Positions 1 to 10,426 are shown, counted from the first letter of the stretch. The stretch is DNA of 64,000 bases from Patescibacteria group bacterium (GCA_041749335.1 JBGTBM010000009.1:64179-128178), one strand, 5' to 3'. Numbers and translations are program-made. Notes: generated by a model from the sequence alone, not told the origin.

Positions 1-747
1 TAAAATACTGTCAACTTCATCGATAATGGCATAATAATTTGATCGCTGCACTTTTTGCGAAATTTCTGAAACCATATTGTCCCGCAAATAATCAAAGCCA
101 AATTCGTTATTGGTGCCATAAGTTATATCCGCTTGATATGCCTCTTTTCTCGTTACCGGCCGTAAATAACTTTTTTCCACTTTAAAACTGCCAGTTTCGT
201 CTCTCTCCTGATCTCTCTCTGAACCTTCATCTACCCGCTCTTCCAAATAGTTTGGATCATATAAATAAGCGCTATTATGCTGAATACAGCCCACCGATAA
301 TCCCAAAGAATGATAAATTTGCCCCATCCAAACCGTATCTCTTTTTGCCAAATAATCGTTGACAGTTACCACATGGACGCCTTTGTTTTTCAAGGCGTTA
401 AGATACACCGGTAAGGTGCTCACTAAAGTTTTCCCCTCTCCGGTTTTCATTTCGATTATATTACCTTTGTGCAAAAAAAGTCCTCCCAATATCTGTACAT
501 CGTAATGGCGCATCCCGGTCACGCGCTGCGAGACCTCGCGCACGGTTGCAAAAGCTTCCGGCAATATTTCTTCGCAGGAAACTCCTTTTTTTAATTTCCC
601 CTGAAAATTTTTTGTTTTGGCTTTCAACTCTTCATCTTTTAACTTAGAAATTTCCATTTCCAGCGCGTTAATTTTTTCCACCACTGGCATATTTTGATCA
701 ATTAATTTCTGGTTGGGATCTCCAAATATTTTTGAAAATATTGACAT
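1..747 (-). CDS. secA: Preprotein translocase subunit SecA (5' part; runs off window start)
   Basis: Not in ORF track; translated by hand from ATG at 747: [12 protein letters not shown]...[11 protein letters not shown]...[10 protein letters not shown]...[13 protein letters not shown]...[16 protein letters not shown]...[10 protein letters not shown], all SecA signatures. Confidence 0.98.
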   Translation of the reverse strand, partial: MSIFSKIFGDPNQKLIDQNMPVVEKINALEMEISKLKDEELKAKTKNFQGKLKKGVSCEEILPEAFATVREVSQRVTGMRHYDVQILGGLFLHKGNIIEMKTGEGKTLVSTLPVYLNALKNKGVHVVTVNDYLAKRDTVWMGQIYHSLGLSVGCIQHNSAYLYDPNYLEERVDEGSERDQERDETGSFKVEKSYLRPVTRKEAYQADITYGTNNEFGFDYLRDNMVSEISQKVQRSNYYAIIDEVDSIL

Positions 748-778
748 TTAAATTTAATTAAATTTTTACAATACATTA

Positions 779-807
779 ATAATAGTATTCTACCGCAATC
801 CCGTCAA
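779..807 (-). promoter_or_regulatory. Putative sigma70 promoter of secA
   Basis: TTGACG-17 nt-TATTAT on - strand, about 30 nt upstream of the ATG. Confidence 0.55.
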
Positions 808-812
808 CCAAG

Positions 813-847
813 AAAAAAGCCCTTAAAGTTTTTAGTTTAAAGGGCTT
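813..847 (-). terminator. Intrinsic terminator after the 923..1654 orphan gene
   Basis: AAGCCCTTTAAA-loop-TTTAAGGGCTT hairpin (one bulge) followed by a T run on - strand. Confidence 0.7.
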
Positions 848-922
848 ATAGGGTAAACTACAAAAGGATCAAGTCATCAAGTATTCAATTATAATTTCTA
901 GGAAGAAACGACCCCAAAATCA

Positions 923-1654
923 TTATGGAGGCGGGCAGTTATAACTGTAGTCGAAGTGGAAACCATTCCGACCGAAATCGCCAAGAAATACAGTACAACC
1001 GTTTGAAATCAGAGTGCCAGTACGCGCGTATACACGTTCCAGCATGTATTCACCGGTTGCAAGGTAATTAAGGATAATAATGTAAACCAGCGCTCTTGCA
1101 CTGTTTTCTTCTGCGGAATCCAAGGGTAACTTATCCTGATTTCCCGGCCACTTAATACTTGTGGAATTAGGCACTAAATCCTTGCAAATTAGGCGCCACT
1201 GGGGCTTACTCTTTTCCTTAGCAAATTTTTCGGAGTTGAAGATAATGTCTTCGTGGGGAAAAAGGGTTTTATCAACCAACTTGCGTATCTCATAAATTGA
1301 GAGTCCAAAGTCAGCCACGAGAATATGGGTATTCCGAAATTTTCGCAAATTTTCGTCGGAAAGGGGAATCTTATCTAGAGCTTCAAACTGCTCGGCAGTC
1401 GGATCAATTTTGAAGTGCTTGACTGCTTCAGAAATGCCAAGAAAATTGGGTCCCATAATATCACGAGCCATTTGATGAAACACGCTAGTTTCTGGATCTG
1501 CCATTTCACGAATTTTATAAATTACCGCTCGCGCAATTTCCGGGTTTGAACGGAGATGTTGGAGATCAGCTCTATTGCCGCCGGCTTCCTGAAGAGCACG
1601 CAAAGTTTCATGTACCTCGTTATTTGGAGTACGAATGAGGCTTTCCTTTTTCAC
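923..1654 (-). CDS. Hypothetical protein with C-terminus resembling CLec-fold/DGR-target-like proteins; 3' end possibly degraded
   Basis: 243-aa ORF, GTG start preceded by AGAGGA, visibly more GC-rich than flanks. Ends ...LATGEYMLERVYART...VFLGDFGRNGFHF; a shifted frame continues HNDFGVVSS*KL*. Confidence 0.7.
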   Translation of the reverse strand: MKKESLIRTPNNEVHETLRALQEAGGNRADLQHLRSNPEIARAVIYKIREMADPETSVFHQMARDIMGPNFLGISEAVKHFKIDPTAEQFEALDKIPLSDENLRKFRNTHILVADFGLSIYEIRKLVDKTLFPHEDIIFNSEKFAKEKSKPQWRLICKDLVPNSTSIKWPGNQDKLPLDSAEENSARALVYIIILNYLATGEYMLERVYARTGTLISNGCTVFLGDFGRNGFHFDYSYNCPPP

Positions 1655-1843
1655 GGCTTTCCTCTTTTCTTGGTTGTTGGGCTTTTCTTCATTTTTAGAA
1701 GCGTTACCCAGTTAAAGGTGCGAACAGGAACTTATCAATACATTAAATATCTAACAAAATAATTTATCATTTATATTAATTCTGTCAATGATGAATATTA
1801 ATATTATATTTTATTAAATATTAAACCAAAAGCTTATTAATAC

Positions 1844-1865
1844 AAAAAGCGGGAGATAATCCCGC
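1844..1865 (-). terminator. Intrinsic terminator after raiA
   Basis: GCGGGA-TTATC-TCCCGC hairpin followed by TTTTT on - strand. Confidence 0.75.
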
Positions 1866-1889
1866 CCTAATTATTAATAAAAGTAAATA

Positions 1890-2240
1890 TTATAATCCAG
1901 TTTCTTTTTCTATTATTCCTTTTATCCCCCTGCCTTTTCTTGGCCTTTCTTTATAACCCTTAATCTTTTCAATTCTTTTCTTCAGCTTGGGCACAACTAG
2001 GTCTATCGCTTCAAAAATATTCATAGCTTCCACGTCAGCCCGAATAGATTCACGCGGTAATTTTATTTGCACCTCGGCGCGAAATTTTTTTCCCGATTTC
2101 ATGCTTTTATCTTCAGCTAATTCTACCCATGATTCAATCACATTCTTCACATATTTATCTAATTTGCCAATCTTCTTATCAACATAGCTTTTAATATCAT
2201 CGGTTAACTCAATTTTTTTAGCTAGAAGTGTAATTTTCAT
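1890..2240 (-). CDS. raiA: Ribosome-associated translation inhibitor RaiA / hibernation promoting factor (short form)
   Basis: MKITLLAKKIELTDDIKSYVDKKIGKLDKY...AEVQI...IRA...EAIDLVVPKLKKRIEK matches the S30AE/HPF pattern; lies upstream of secA as is common. Confidence 0.92.
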   Translation of the reverse strand: MKITLLAKKIELTDDIKSYVDKKIGKLDKYVKNVIESWVELAEDKSMKSGKKFRAEVQIKLPRESIRADVEAMNIFEAIDLVVPKLKKRIEKIKGYKERPRKGRGIKGIIEKETGL

Positions 2241-2280
2241 ATTTTATTATTAATTTATTATATTATAGCAAATTTTTGAT

Positions 2281-2305
2281 AAAAAAAGTAGGAAATTTCC
2301 TACTT
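2281..2305 (-). terminator. Intrinsic terminator after murB
   Basis: Perfect inverted repeat AAGTAGGAAATTTCCTACTT (2286-2305) with a T run on - strand. Confidence 0.7.
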
Positions 2306-2371
2306 ATAAATTCTCGCTTCTTTAAAATCATCAATGTTATTAATAAATTTCAATTGATAACACTAGATAAA

Positions 2372-3298
2372 TTATTCCACCAACTTTATTTCTTCTTCTA
2401 ATTCAATGCCATATTTAGCTTTTGCTTTAGCTTTTATCATTTTAATTAATTTTATTACATCCGAGGCCTTCGCATGATTAGTATTAATAATGAAATTTGC
2501 GTGTTTTTCCGATATTTTAGCCCCGCCAATACTTTTTCCCTTTAATCCTAGTTCTTGAATGATTCGAGCGGCCGGAACTTTGTTATGCACTTCAAATTCT
2601 TTCACTCTTAAATTTTTATTATGTTCAATATTCTTAAATACGCAGCCTGCGCTGGGATATTCATACGGCTGTTTTTCGTTTCTCTCTTTAATAATATTTC
2701 TAACTATTTTTTTTACTGCCGCCGGCGTGGACTTTTGCAATTTAATTATCGCATCAACAATTACGTATTCCCGATCTTTAATAATACTACCGCGATAGCT
2801 AAATTTAATCTCCCTTTTATTTAGTTTTTCTAATTTAAATTTTCCCCGCCTGTAAATAATCACGTTAATTGACTCCACTACATTAGCCATTTCATGACCA
2901 TAAGCTCCGGCGTTTCCCCTGATAGCGCCGCCTACCGAACCCGGAATACCAGCTAAATATTCTAATCCGGATAAGCCCTGTTTCGCGGATTTTAAAACTA
3001 GATCACGCAGATTAACTCCCGCGTCTACTTTTACTCTGTTTCCAATAAATTTAAGGTCCTTATTATTAATTTTTATCACCAGTCCGTTAAATCCCTTGTC
3101 AGCAAATAACAAATTACTCCCTCCGCCCAAAATAAAACGTTTTATATTATTTTTTTCACTATACTCCAAAGAGGTAATAATCTCATCTGTATTGCTCGCC
3201 TCAATATAATATTTGGCTCGCCCGCCAATTTTATAAGTGGTATGAGGAGCAATATCGTAATTCTTCTTTAACTTTTTTTGAAATTCTTTATTTTGCAT
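2372..3298 (-). CDS. murB: UDP-N-acetylenolpyruvoylglucosamine reductase
   Basis: HTTYKIGG, LGGGSNLL, GIPGSVGGAIRGNAGAYG, FSYRGS, QP..PSAGCVFKN, SEKHANF, LEEEI motifs. Confidence 0.97.
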   Translation of the reverse strand: MQNKEFQKKLKKNYDIAPHTTYKIGGRAKYYIEASNTDEIITSLEYSEKNNIKRFILGGGSNLLFADKGFNGLVIKINNKDLKFIGNRVKVDAGVNLRDLVLKSAKQGLSGLEYLAGIPGSVGGAIRGNAGAYGHEMANVVESINVIIYRRGKFKLEKLNKREIKFSYRGSIIKDREYVIVDAIIKLQKSTPAAVKKIVRNIIKERNEKQPYEYPSAGCVFKNIEHNKNLRVKEFEVHNKVPAARIIQELGLKGKSIGGAKISEKHANFIINTNHAKASDVIKLIKMIKAKAKAKYGIELEEEIKLVE

Positions 3299-5774
3299 TG
3301 ATTAAATCGGCTAATTGGTCAGAAAGGTTTGTAATAGTACCGGCGCCCATGGTAATTATTACATCATTTTCCTTGATATTTTCTTTGAGATAATTAAAAA
3401 TATCTGTAATATTTCCCATATATTTTACCTTGTCTTTTTTTATCATCTCAACTAATTTTTGCGAACTGATATCAATATCCTCTTCTCGGCCCGCGACTTC
3501 ATAAATATCGGTAATTATTGTCATATTAGTATCATTAAACGCATTGCGAAAATCATTGAACAATTCTTTAGTTCTTTTCTTTTGATGGGGCTGATATACA
3601 CAGATTATTCTGGATTCTGGATATTTGTTTCGAGCAGCTTCTAATGTCGCCTTAACTTCAGTCGGATGATGAGCATAATCGTCTATAACAGTAATATTAT
3701 TTTTTTCCGCCTTTTTTTCAAACCTTCTCCAGGAGCCAGTATACTCCAGAAGTGACTTTTTAATTGAATCTATGCCGATATCAAGGCTTAATCCTAAGGC
3801 TATTGCTGCTAATGAATTATATATATTGAATTTTCCGGGAATGTTAAGTTTTATATTTTGATAAACATTATTTTTATAAACAACTCCAAAAACCGGAAAA
3901 CCTTCTTTATATCTAATATTTTGCGCCATAATATCAGCTTGATTATCAATACTATAAAATATCTTTTTGCATCGTGCCGCCCTTGATATTTCCATAATAT
4001 TTTTATCATCCTGATTGGCAATTAATATTCCGTCTTTTTCTATTCGACCAACATATTTTTTGAAGGCGATCAAATAATCAGTTAAATTTTTATAGATATC
4101 AGGATGTTCGTATTCCACTGAAGTTAAAATTACAATATCGGGATAATATTTTAAAAATGCCCTTTTGTATTCATCAGCTTCCAGTACAAAATATTTGCTT
4201 TGGCCCAATCTTGCATTTCCATTAAACTGCTTTACATTTGATCCCACGATCACGGTTGGATCGAGTTGTGCTTGCGCCATAATAACTGAAATAATTGCCG
4301 TAGTTGTCGTTTTACCATGACTGCCGGATATGCAAATGGAATATTTATCTTTTGTCAAAATTGAAAGTATTTGGGGATATGAAAGGCAGCCAATATTCAT
4401 TTTTTTAGCTTTAACAATATCCGGATTATTTTTTGCCGCCGCAACCGTGTAAATCAATAAATCTGTTTCAGCGTCAATTAAAGAGCATCCTTCTTCTCCG
4501 ATATTTATTTTAATCCCAATTTTATTGAGCTCTTGAGTAATTTTTGATTCGGCGATATCGCTGCCCGTAACTTTTGCATTTTGTTTTTTAAATAGTCTAG
4601 CTAGCGCGGAAACACCGATGCCGCCAATGCCGACAAAATGAACTTTTTTTATATTAGCTAAATTAATTTTATTTAAATTATATTCATCAATAATATCAGC
4701 AATATATATGCTCGCTGATATATTTGATAATTTTGCTATATTTTCCGCTAATAATTTTTGCTTATCGTTATCTGAAAATATTTCATTTATTATATTAAAT
4801 AATGTATCTCCGGTAAGTTCATTTTCATTTAATATCACCGCGGCTTTATTATCCGCAAAATACTTAGCATTTTCAATTTGATCGCCGCGGCTTCCTTTAA
4901 CTGATAACGGCACTAGAATAGTAGGTTTTTTATAAAAGGCGATCTCATTTAAAGCACTGGCTCCGGCTCGAGAGATAACCAAATCGGCAGTCGCCAAGGC
5001 ATTGCCCATTTCCTCGGCATAAAGATATGAATACAGATGATAATGAGATCCGATATCATTTTCTTTAATATGTTTTTCCAGTTTGTCAAAATTATTTTTG
5101 CCGCAAATATGGATAATTTGAAATTTTTCTATAAATTTATCTAAATATCTAATAACCGACTGATTGATGCTTTCCGCGCCTTGGCTGCCGCCTATTATTA
5201 AAATTATTTTTTTATCCGGCATTAATTTAAAATATTTTAATCCAGCCAATCTATCTCCCGATATTACATCCTGCGATATAGGAATTCCGGTATAGACTAC
5301 ATTCGATTTATCTTGAAAATATTTTATTGTTTTTTCAAATCCCAATAATATTTTATCAGCAAATTTAAATGCGATTCTGTTTGCTAAACCCGGAATAATA
5401 TCTGATTCATGCACAATGATTGGAATTCGCAAAAATTTTCCCGCAATAACAGGAGGCACGCTGACAAATCCACCTTTACTAAAAATTACTTCCGGTTGGA
5501 ATTTTTTAATAATAAAAAAAGATTGAATCACTCCAATCGGAATTTTAATTAAATCGACTAAATTATTAAATGAAAAATATCTGCGCAGCTTTCCCACTAA
5601 AATCGCTTTAAACTGAATGTTATTTTTATCTGCAATGGCTTGTTCAATGCTTTTTTTTGATCCAATCCACAAAAATTGATTATCTTCAATAGTATTTTTT
5701 TTTATTTCCTTGTACACAGCCTCAACCGGATAGGCATGTCCCCCTGTGCCTCCGCCTGTTAAAATTATTCGCAT
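3288..5774 (-). CDS. murG-murC: Fused MurG (GlcNAc transferase) - MurC (UDP-MurNAc--L-Ala ligase)
   Basis: N-half: TGGGTGGH, KGGFVSVP, HESD..PGLANR, GGSQGA, SRAGAS, DQIENA (MurG). C-half: HFVGIGGIGVSALA, GSHGKTTTT, EADEY, DDYAHHPTEV, YQPH, MGAG (MurC). One uninterrupted 828-aa frame. Confidence 0.95.
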   Translation of the reverse strand: MRIILTGGGTGGHAYPVEAVYKEIKKNTIEDNQFLWIGSKKSIEQAIADKNNIQFKAILVGKLRRYFSFNNLVDLIKIPIGVIQSFFIIKKFQPEVIFSKGGFVSVPPVIAGKFLRIPIIVHESDIIPGLANRIAFKFADKILLGFEKTIKYFQDKSNVVYTGIPISQDVISGDRLAGLKYFKLMPDKKIILIIGGSQGAESINQSVIRYLDKFIEKFQIIHICGKNNFDKLEKHIKENDIGSHYHLYSYLYAEEMGNALATADLVISRAGASALNEIAFYKKPTILVPLSVKGSRGDQIENAKYFADNKAAVILNENELTGDTLFNIINEIFSDNDKQKLLAENIAKLSNISASIYIADIIDEYNLNKINLANIKKVHFVGIGGIGVSALARLFKKQNAKVTGSDIAESKITQELNKIGIKINIGEEGCSLIDAETDLLIYTVAAAKNNPDIVKAKKMNIGCLSYPQILSILTKDKYSICISGSHGKTTTTAIISVIMAQAQLDPTVIVGSNVKQFNGNARLGQSKYFVLEADEYKRAFLKYYPDIVILTSVEYEHPDIYKNLTDYLIAFKKYVGRIEKDGILIANQDDKNIMEISRAARCKKIFYSIDNQADIMAQNIRYKEGFPVFGVVYKNNVYQNIKLNIPGKFNIYNSLAAIALGLSLDIGIDSIKKSLLEYTGSWRRFEKKAEKNNITVIDDYAHHPTEVKATLEAARNKYPESRIICVYQPHQKKRTKELFNDFRNAFNDTNMTIITDIYEVAGREEDIDISSQKLVEMIKKDKVKYMGNITDIFNYLKENIKENDVIITMGAGTITNLSDQLADLINAK

Positions 5775-6913
5775 TATTTTCTATTTAAAAATACTGTTTT
5801 TCTTACTGGCTGCTCTTCGACGGTAAATTTTGAAATATTTATTAAAATTCCTACCCCCACCAGAGCGCATAATAAGGCAGTACCACCATAGCTGACAAAT
5901 GGCAGCGGAATTCCGGTTAAAGGGACTAAGGCTACCATAGCGGCAATATTTACAAACGCTTGATAAACAAACCAGGTTGTAATTCCCGTCGCAACCAATT
6001 TGCCAAATTTATCTGGAGCTTTTTTTGAAATTATAAACCCTCTATAGCCTAAATAGGCGAACATAAAAATAATCAATAATACCCTGATAAAGCCCAGCTC
6101 TTCAGAAATTATGGCAAATATTGAATCTCCGGTTGCTTCCGGCAAGTAATTATATTTTTGAATACTTTTACCCAACCCCCGTCCAAATAAACCGCCGGAA
6201 CCGATTGCCAATAATGCTTGATTAATTTGATAGCCAATCCCTTGAGGATCAATACTGGGATTAAGAAAAACTGTAAATCTAGCCATTCGATATGGCGCTA
6301 ATTTGATCAGTATTAAGACGATCATAATACCGGAAGCACCCAGCGCTAATAAATGCTTATAACTTGCTCCGGCGACAAAATATACTATAATTGCAGAAAA
6401 TATTATAACAGACATTGAGCCTAAATCCGGCTGCATCATAATTAATAGCCCGATTAATCCGATCACCGCGGTAAAAGGCAAAAATCCATATTTCCAATCG
6501 GTTATTCCCTTTTGCCTTTTCTCAAGCCAAGTGGCCAAGTATATAATAAAAGCCAACTTTACTATTTCAGTAGGCTGAATTGTAGAAAGTCCGGGCACGT
6601 TAATCCACCTGCGCGCTCCACCATGCTCAAAACCAAGACCGGGAATAAAAACTGCAACTAACAATAATAATGTAATAAATAACATTAAAGCTGCAAATTT
6701 TTTCCATATACGATAATCAATCTTAGAGACTATAATCATTAATATTAATCCGATCAAAGCCCCGTAAATCAGTTGATGCTTTAAATAATAATAATTGCTG
6801 GAAAAATTTTCATAAGACACTACCGCGCTGGCGGAAGACAGCATAATTAACCCGACTGTCAGTAAAACAAAAACTAAAATTATTAATATGTAATCTGGAT
6901 TGTGTTTTTTCAT
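5774..6913 (-). CDS. ftsW: SEDS peptidoglycan polymerase FtsW
   Basis: GARRWI, IQPTEIVK, QPDLG, GYQINQALLAIGSGG, LPEATGDSIFAIISEELG, PLTGIPLPFVSYGG; lies between murD and murG. Confidence 0.95.
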   Translation of the reverse strand: MKKHNPDYILIILVFVLLTVGLIMLSSASAVVSYENFSSNYYYLKHQLIYGALIGLILMIIVSKIDYRIWKKFAALMLFITLLLLVAVFIPGLGFEHGGARRWINVPGLSTIQPTEIVKLAFIIYLATWLEKRQKGITDWKYGFLPFTAVIGLIGLLIMMQPDLGSMSVIIFSAIIVYFVAGASYKHLLALGASGIMIVLILIKLAPYRMARFTVFLNPSIDPQGIGYQINQALLAIGSGGLFGRGLGKSIQKYNYLPEATGDSIFAIISEELGFIRVLLIIFMFAYLGYRGFIISKKAPDKFGKLVATGITTWFVYQAFVNIAAMVALVPLTGIPLPFVSYGGTALLCALVGVGILINISKFTVEEQPVRKTVFLNRK

Positions 6914-8382
6914 TATTTGTTTTTATACGAACGCACTAATCTTTTAAATTCCTCTCCTCTTTGACGATAATCTTTAAACATATCAAAACTTTCACAGCCT
7001 GGAGATAATACTACTACATCGCCATTTTTGGCGGCTAAATAACTATTTGCAACTGCATCTTCAAGGCCATTGCATTTTTTAATTAATAATCTTTCATTTC
7101 CGGCCTTCTCTAACTCTTTCCTGACAGCATTTTCGATTTCTTGAGCCTTTTCACCAATCAAAAACAAAGCCTTTACATTATTTTTTACAATTTCTTGAGC
7201 TACTTCAATAAATTCATTTGTTTTACTGACTTTTCTAGTTCCACCGGCAATTAAAATAATTGGTGTTTTAAATGATTGTACTGCATTTTTTGGCCCATCA
7301 GGATTGCATGCCGAAGAATCTTCATAATATCTTACTCCTTTAATCTCTTCAAAAAATTCCAATCTGGATTTCATTCCTTTATAAGTAATAATGCCCTCTC
7401 TAATATTTTTAGTGCTTATACCCGCCACAAATGTAGCTAGCGAAGCAGCTAAGGCATTTTCTATATTATGAGGTCCCGGTATTAATAAATCCAGCGTTGA
7501 ACAAATTATATATTCTCTATCTTTATCTTTTAAAACTATATTATTATTTTTTATAAAACATCCATTTTCCAATATATTTTTACGACTAAAAAAATATGTT
7601 TTGGCATTACAATCTTCGGCGATCTTTTTAGTAGCATAATTATCATAATTTAAAATGGCATAATCGCCGGCGCCTTGATATTTTGTCAGACTTTTTTTTG
7701 TTTTAATATAATCCTCGTAGCTATCATGATCATCTAGATGATTCGGAGATATATTGGTAATAACCGCCACATGAGGAGATTTTTCCATATCAATTTTTAA
7801 CTGTCGGTTGCTTACCTCTATTGCCAATATATCGTCGGAATTCATTATATCCAGATCATCCAGGACTTGTTCATTTAACCTATCATTGCCAGTAAAAAAT
7901 ACTCTTTTTTTGCTTTTACTGATAATATTATTTATCAATCGTGACGTTGTTGACTTGCCCGAAGTTCCGGTAATCGCAATTATCGGACATGGCGCTAAAT
8001 TAAAATAAAGCTTGGTAATATTATAAAATGGTATTTTCTTCTGATATTTTTTTAACTCTTGATTATTTTCATATCGATACCAAGACTGCGGAACAAAAAT
8101 TATGTCCGCCTTTTTGATATCATTTAAATAAGTATCTTTAAAATTGTATGTTATCGGCAAATTGCTTAATTCTTTAAACATTTTTTTCTTTTCATTCTCG
8201 CTATATCCGTCATGAAATAAATTAAAGTTTTTTTGAAATTCCGATTCTAGACAAAAATCATGGGCAGTAATTTTTTTGTTTTTTATATTTTTAAATAAAA
8301 ATAACAAAACCGCAGAGCCTTCAGCGCCGGAAGCTCCTAAAATATGAATATTCTTTTTTTCAAATTTAATTAATTTTTTCAT
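6913..8382 (-). CDS. murD: UDP-MurNAc-L-Ala--D-Glu ligase MurD (divergent)
   Basis: AITGTSGKSTT P-loop, NISPNHLDDH, HNIENALAA, RLE and the MurD-type C-terminal VVVLSPGCESFDMFKDYRQRG; position before ftsW. Confidence 0.85.
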   Translation of the reverse strand: MKKLIKFEKKNIHILGASGAEGSAVLLFLFKNIKNKKITAHDFCLESEFQKNFNLFHDGYSENEKKKMFKELSNLPITYNFKDTYLNDIKKADIIFVPQSWYRYENNQELKKYQKKIPFYNITKLYFNLAPCPIIAITGTSGKSTTSRLINNIISKSKKRVFFTGNDRLNEQVLDDLDIMNSDDILAIEVSNRQLKIDMEKSPHVAVITNISPNHLDDHDSYEDYIKTKKSLTKYQGAGDYAILNYDNYATKKIAEDCNAKTYFFSRKNILENGCFIKNNNIVLKDKDREYIICSTLDLLIPGPHNIENALAASLATFVAGISTKNIREGIITYKGMKSRLEFFEEIKGVRYYEDSSACNPDGPKNAVQSFKTPIILIAGGTRKVSKTNEFIEVAQEIVKNNVKALFLIGEKAQEIENAVRKELEKAGNERLLIKKCNGLEDAVANSYLAAKNGDVVVLSPGCESFDMFKDYRQRGEEFKRLVRSYKNK

Positions 8383-8522
8383 ACTAATCTTATTATGAGA
8401 TAATAGCTAAAATTGCAATAATATTCAATATTATTTATATAATAATGCAAATTATTTGCCGATAAATAGTATATAAATAATTTAATATATCGCCTCTGTC
8501 CAATTATGTATTCGCTATAATA

Positions 8523-9299
8523 TTAAATCTTTTTAACTTTTATTTTTTTCCCGATCAATTTAGCGCCCATATGTCCGAATTTATTCGGTAAATCACTAGC
8601 ATAAAATTTGTTTTGGAATTTATTTTTAATATTTTGTCTATTTTGTATATAAATATATTTTTTTAATTGGCGGGCAGTTTCCAGCGAAGGATCAACAATT
8701 CTAACTTTTTTACCCATTATTTTAGCAATAATCCCTTTTAGTATAGGATAATGAGTACATGCTAAAACCAAGGTGTCAATATTTTTATTCTTAAAATAGG
8801 ATAAATAATGTTTAGCGATACTTAATGTTTCTTTTTTATTAATCCAATTTTCCTCAACCAAAGGTACAAATAAAGGACAAGCTTTATTGAATACTTTAAT
8901 TTTATGATTAAGATAGTATAAATAAGCTTGATGCGCACCGCTGTTGATCGTTGCTTCGGTTCCGATTACTCCAATGCGGCCATTTTTGGTTACCAATAGA
9001 GCTTTATTCAAACCAGAATCAATCACATCAAATATCGGCATATTGGGATACTTTTTTTTAAGTATCTTGGATGCTAAGGCCGAAGCAGTATGGCAAGCTA
9101 TCACAATAACTTTAGCGCCTTTACTTATTAAAAAATCAGTATTTTCAATTGAGTATTTAATAATATTATCTTTGCTTTTATTGCCGTAAGGAACACGAGC
9201 TGTATCGCCAAAATATATAATTTTATTGTGTGGCAATAATTTAATTATATGCCTAACTACGGTCAAGCCCCCTACGCCTGAATCAAATATACCAATCAT
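8523..9299 (-). CDS. murI: Glutamate racemase
   Basis: IGIFDSGVGGLTV, GDTARVPYG, IACHTAS, LACTHYP. Confidence 0.97.
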   Translation of the reverse strand: MIGIFDSGVGGLTVVRHIIKLLPHNKIIYFGDTARVPYGNKSKDNIIKYSIENTDFLISKGAKVIVIACHTASALASKILKKKYPNMPIFDVIDSGLNKALLVTKNGRIGVIGTEATINSGAHQAYLYYLNHKIKVFNKACPLFVPLVEENWINKKETLSIAKHYLSYFKNKNIDTLVLACTHYPILKGIIAKIMGKKVRIVDPSLETARQLKKYIYIQNRQNIKNKFQNKFYASDLPNKFGHMGAKLIGKKIKVKKI

Positions 9300-9300
9300 A

Positions 9301-10362
9301 TTATCCTCCGGCGATTAAAGCAATTACCATTCCAACTGCTGCCGATACCAATGAAATAACCCAAAACCTCATAGTAACTTTTGTCTCCGGCCAGCCCTTG
9401 GCTTCAAAATGATGATGTATAGGAGTGCTAATAAATATTTTACGTTTAAATACTTTTTTCGAAAACATTTGAATAATAACCGATCCGGATTCAATTACTA
9501 AAGGAAGGCCGATTATAGGAAGTACGATAACGGAATTTGTCAGCATAGCTACTATTCCCAATGTTGTTCCTAATGACATTGCTCCTGTGTCGCCCATAAA
9601 AAATCTGGCGGGATAAATATTAAACCATAAAAAAGCTAAAATCGCCCCGGCGATAACACCACAAAAAGCAGCTAAGTCTACTCTCCCTTGTACAAATGCA
9701 ATCACAGCGTAAGATCCGAAACAAATCAACAATATTCCGCCGGCTAAACCGTCTAATCCGTCCGCTTCATTTACGGAAAAAGAAGTTGCCACTAGAATAA
9801 AAATAAACAATGGAATATACCACCAACCGATATTAAAATCTCCCACTCCGGGTATATGAATTACATCCCAGCCTAATTTATAATAAAACCACCAAGCTCC
9901 CACTACCGCAATTGCTATATATAAAAGCAGCTTATATTTCATACGCAATCCACCGCCCTTGGGGCCAATTTTAAAAACGTTCATAATATCATCAATTAAT
10001 CCTATTATTGCGGTTAAAACTAAAACTCCCAGCGGCAATAATGTCTCGGAACGAGTAAGAAAATTTAAAAAATTTGATGTAAAATTATTAAAAATGAAAT
10101 TAATCAGCATGAAAACCACCGCCAAGACCAATACGGTTACCCAAATCAATAAACCTCCCATAGTTGGCGTCCCCTCCTTTTTCATATGCATTTTAGTATA
10201 AACCGGCGCTCCAGATGTTCTAATGCTTTTCCCTAAACGATATTTAAACAATATATGAGTAAGCAAAGGAGACCATAAAAAAGCAATTGCAAAGGAAATT
10301 GCAGTTAATATTAATACCTTCATTACATTTTGGACCAATATTGGATCTTGTATTTCCCCCAT
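9301..10362 (-). CDS. mraY: Phospho-N-acetylmuramoyl-pentapeptide transferase
   Basis: KEGTPTMGG, IGLIDD, DGLDGLA, NIYPARFFMGDTG, PIHHHFEAKGWPETKVTMRFW. Confidence 0.97.
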   Translation of the reverse strand: MGEIQDPILVQNVMKVLILTAISFAIAFLWSPLLTHILFKYRLGKSIRTSGAPVYTKMHMKKEGTPTMGGLLIWVTVLVLAVVFMLINFIFNNFTSNFLNFLTRSETLLPLGVLVLTAIIGLIDDIMNVFKIGPKGGGLRMKYKLLLYIAIAVVGAWWFYYKLGWDVIHIPGVGDFNIGWWYIPLFIFILVATSFSVNEADGLDGLAGGILLICFGSYAVIAFVQGRVDLAAFCGVIAGAILAFLWFNIYPARFFMGDTGAMSLGTTLGIVAMLTNSVIVLPIIGLPLVIESGSVIIQMFSKKVFKRKIFISTPIHHHFEAKGWPETKVTMRFWVISLVSAAVGMVIALIAGG

Positions 10363-10426
10363 GTTTGATAATATTTATTAAAATAATACCACCGATTATT
10401 ATGTTTGTCTAATATTTTTGTACCAT

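Noticed and set aside
860-1890. A complete DGR at the orphan gene
   Set aside because: No reverse transcriptase, Avd or AAC-rich template repeat in the window; only the target-like resemblance is kept as a finding.
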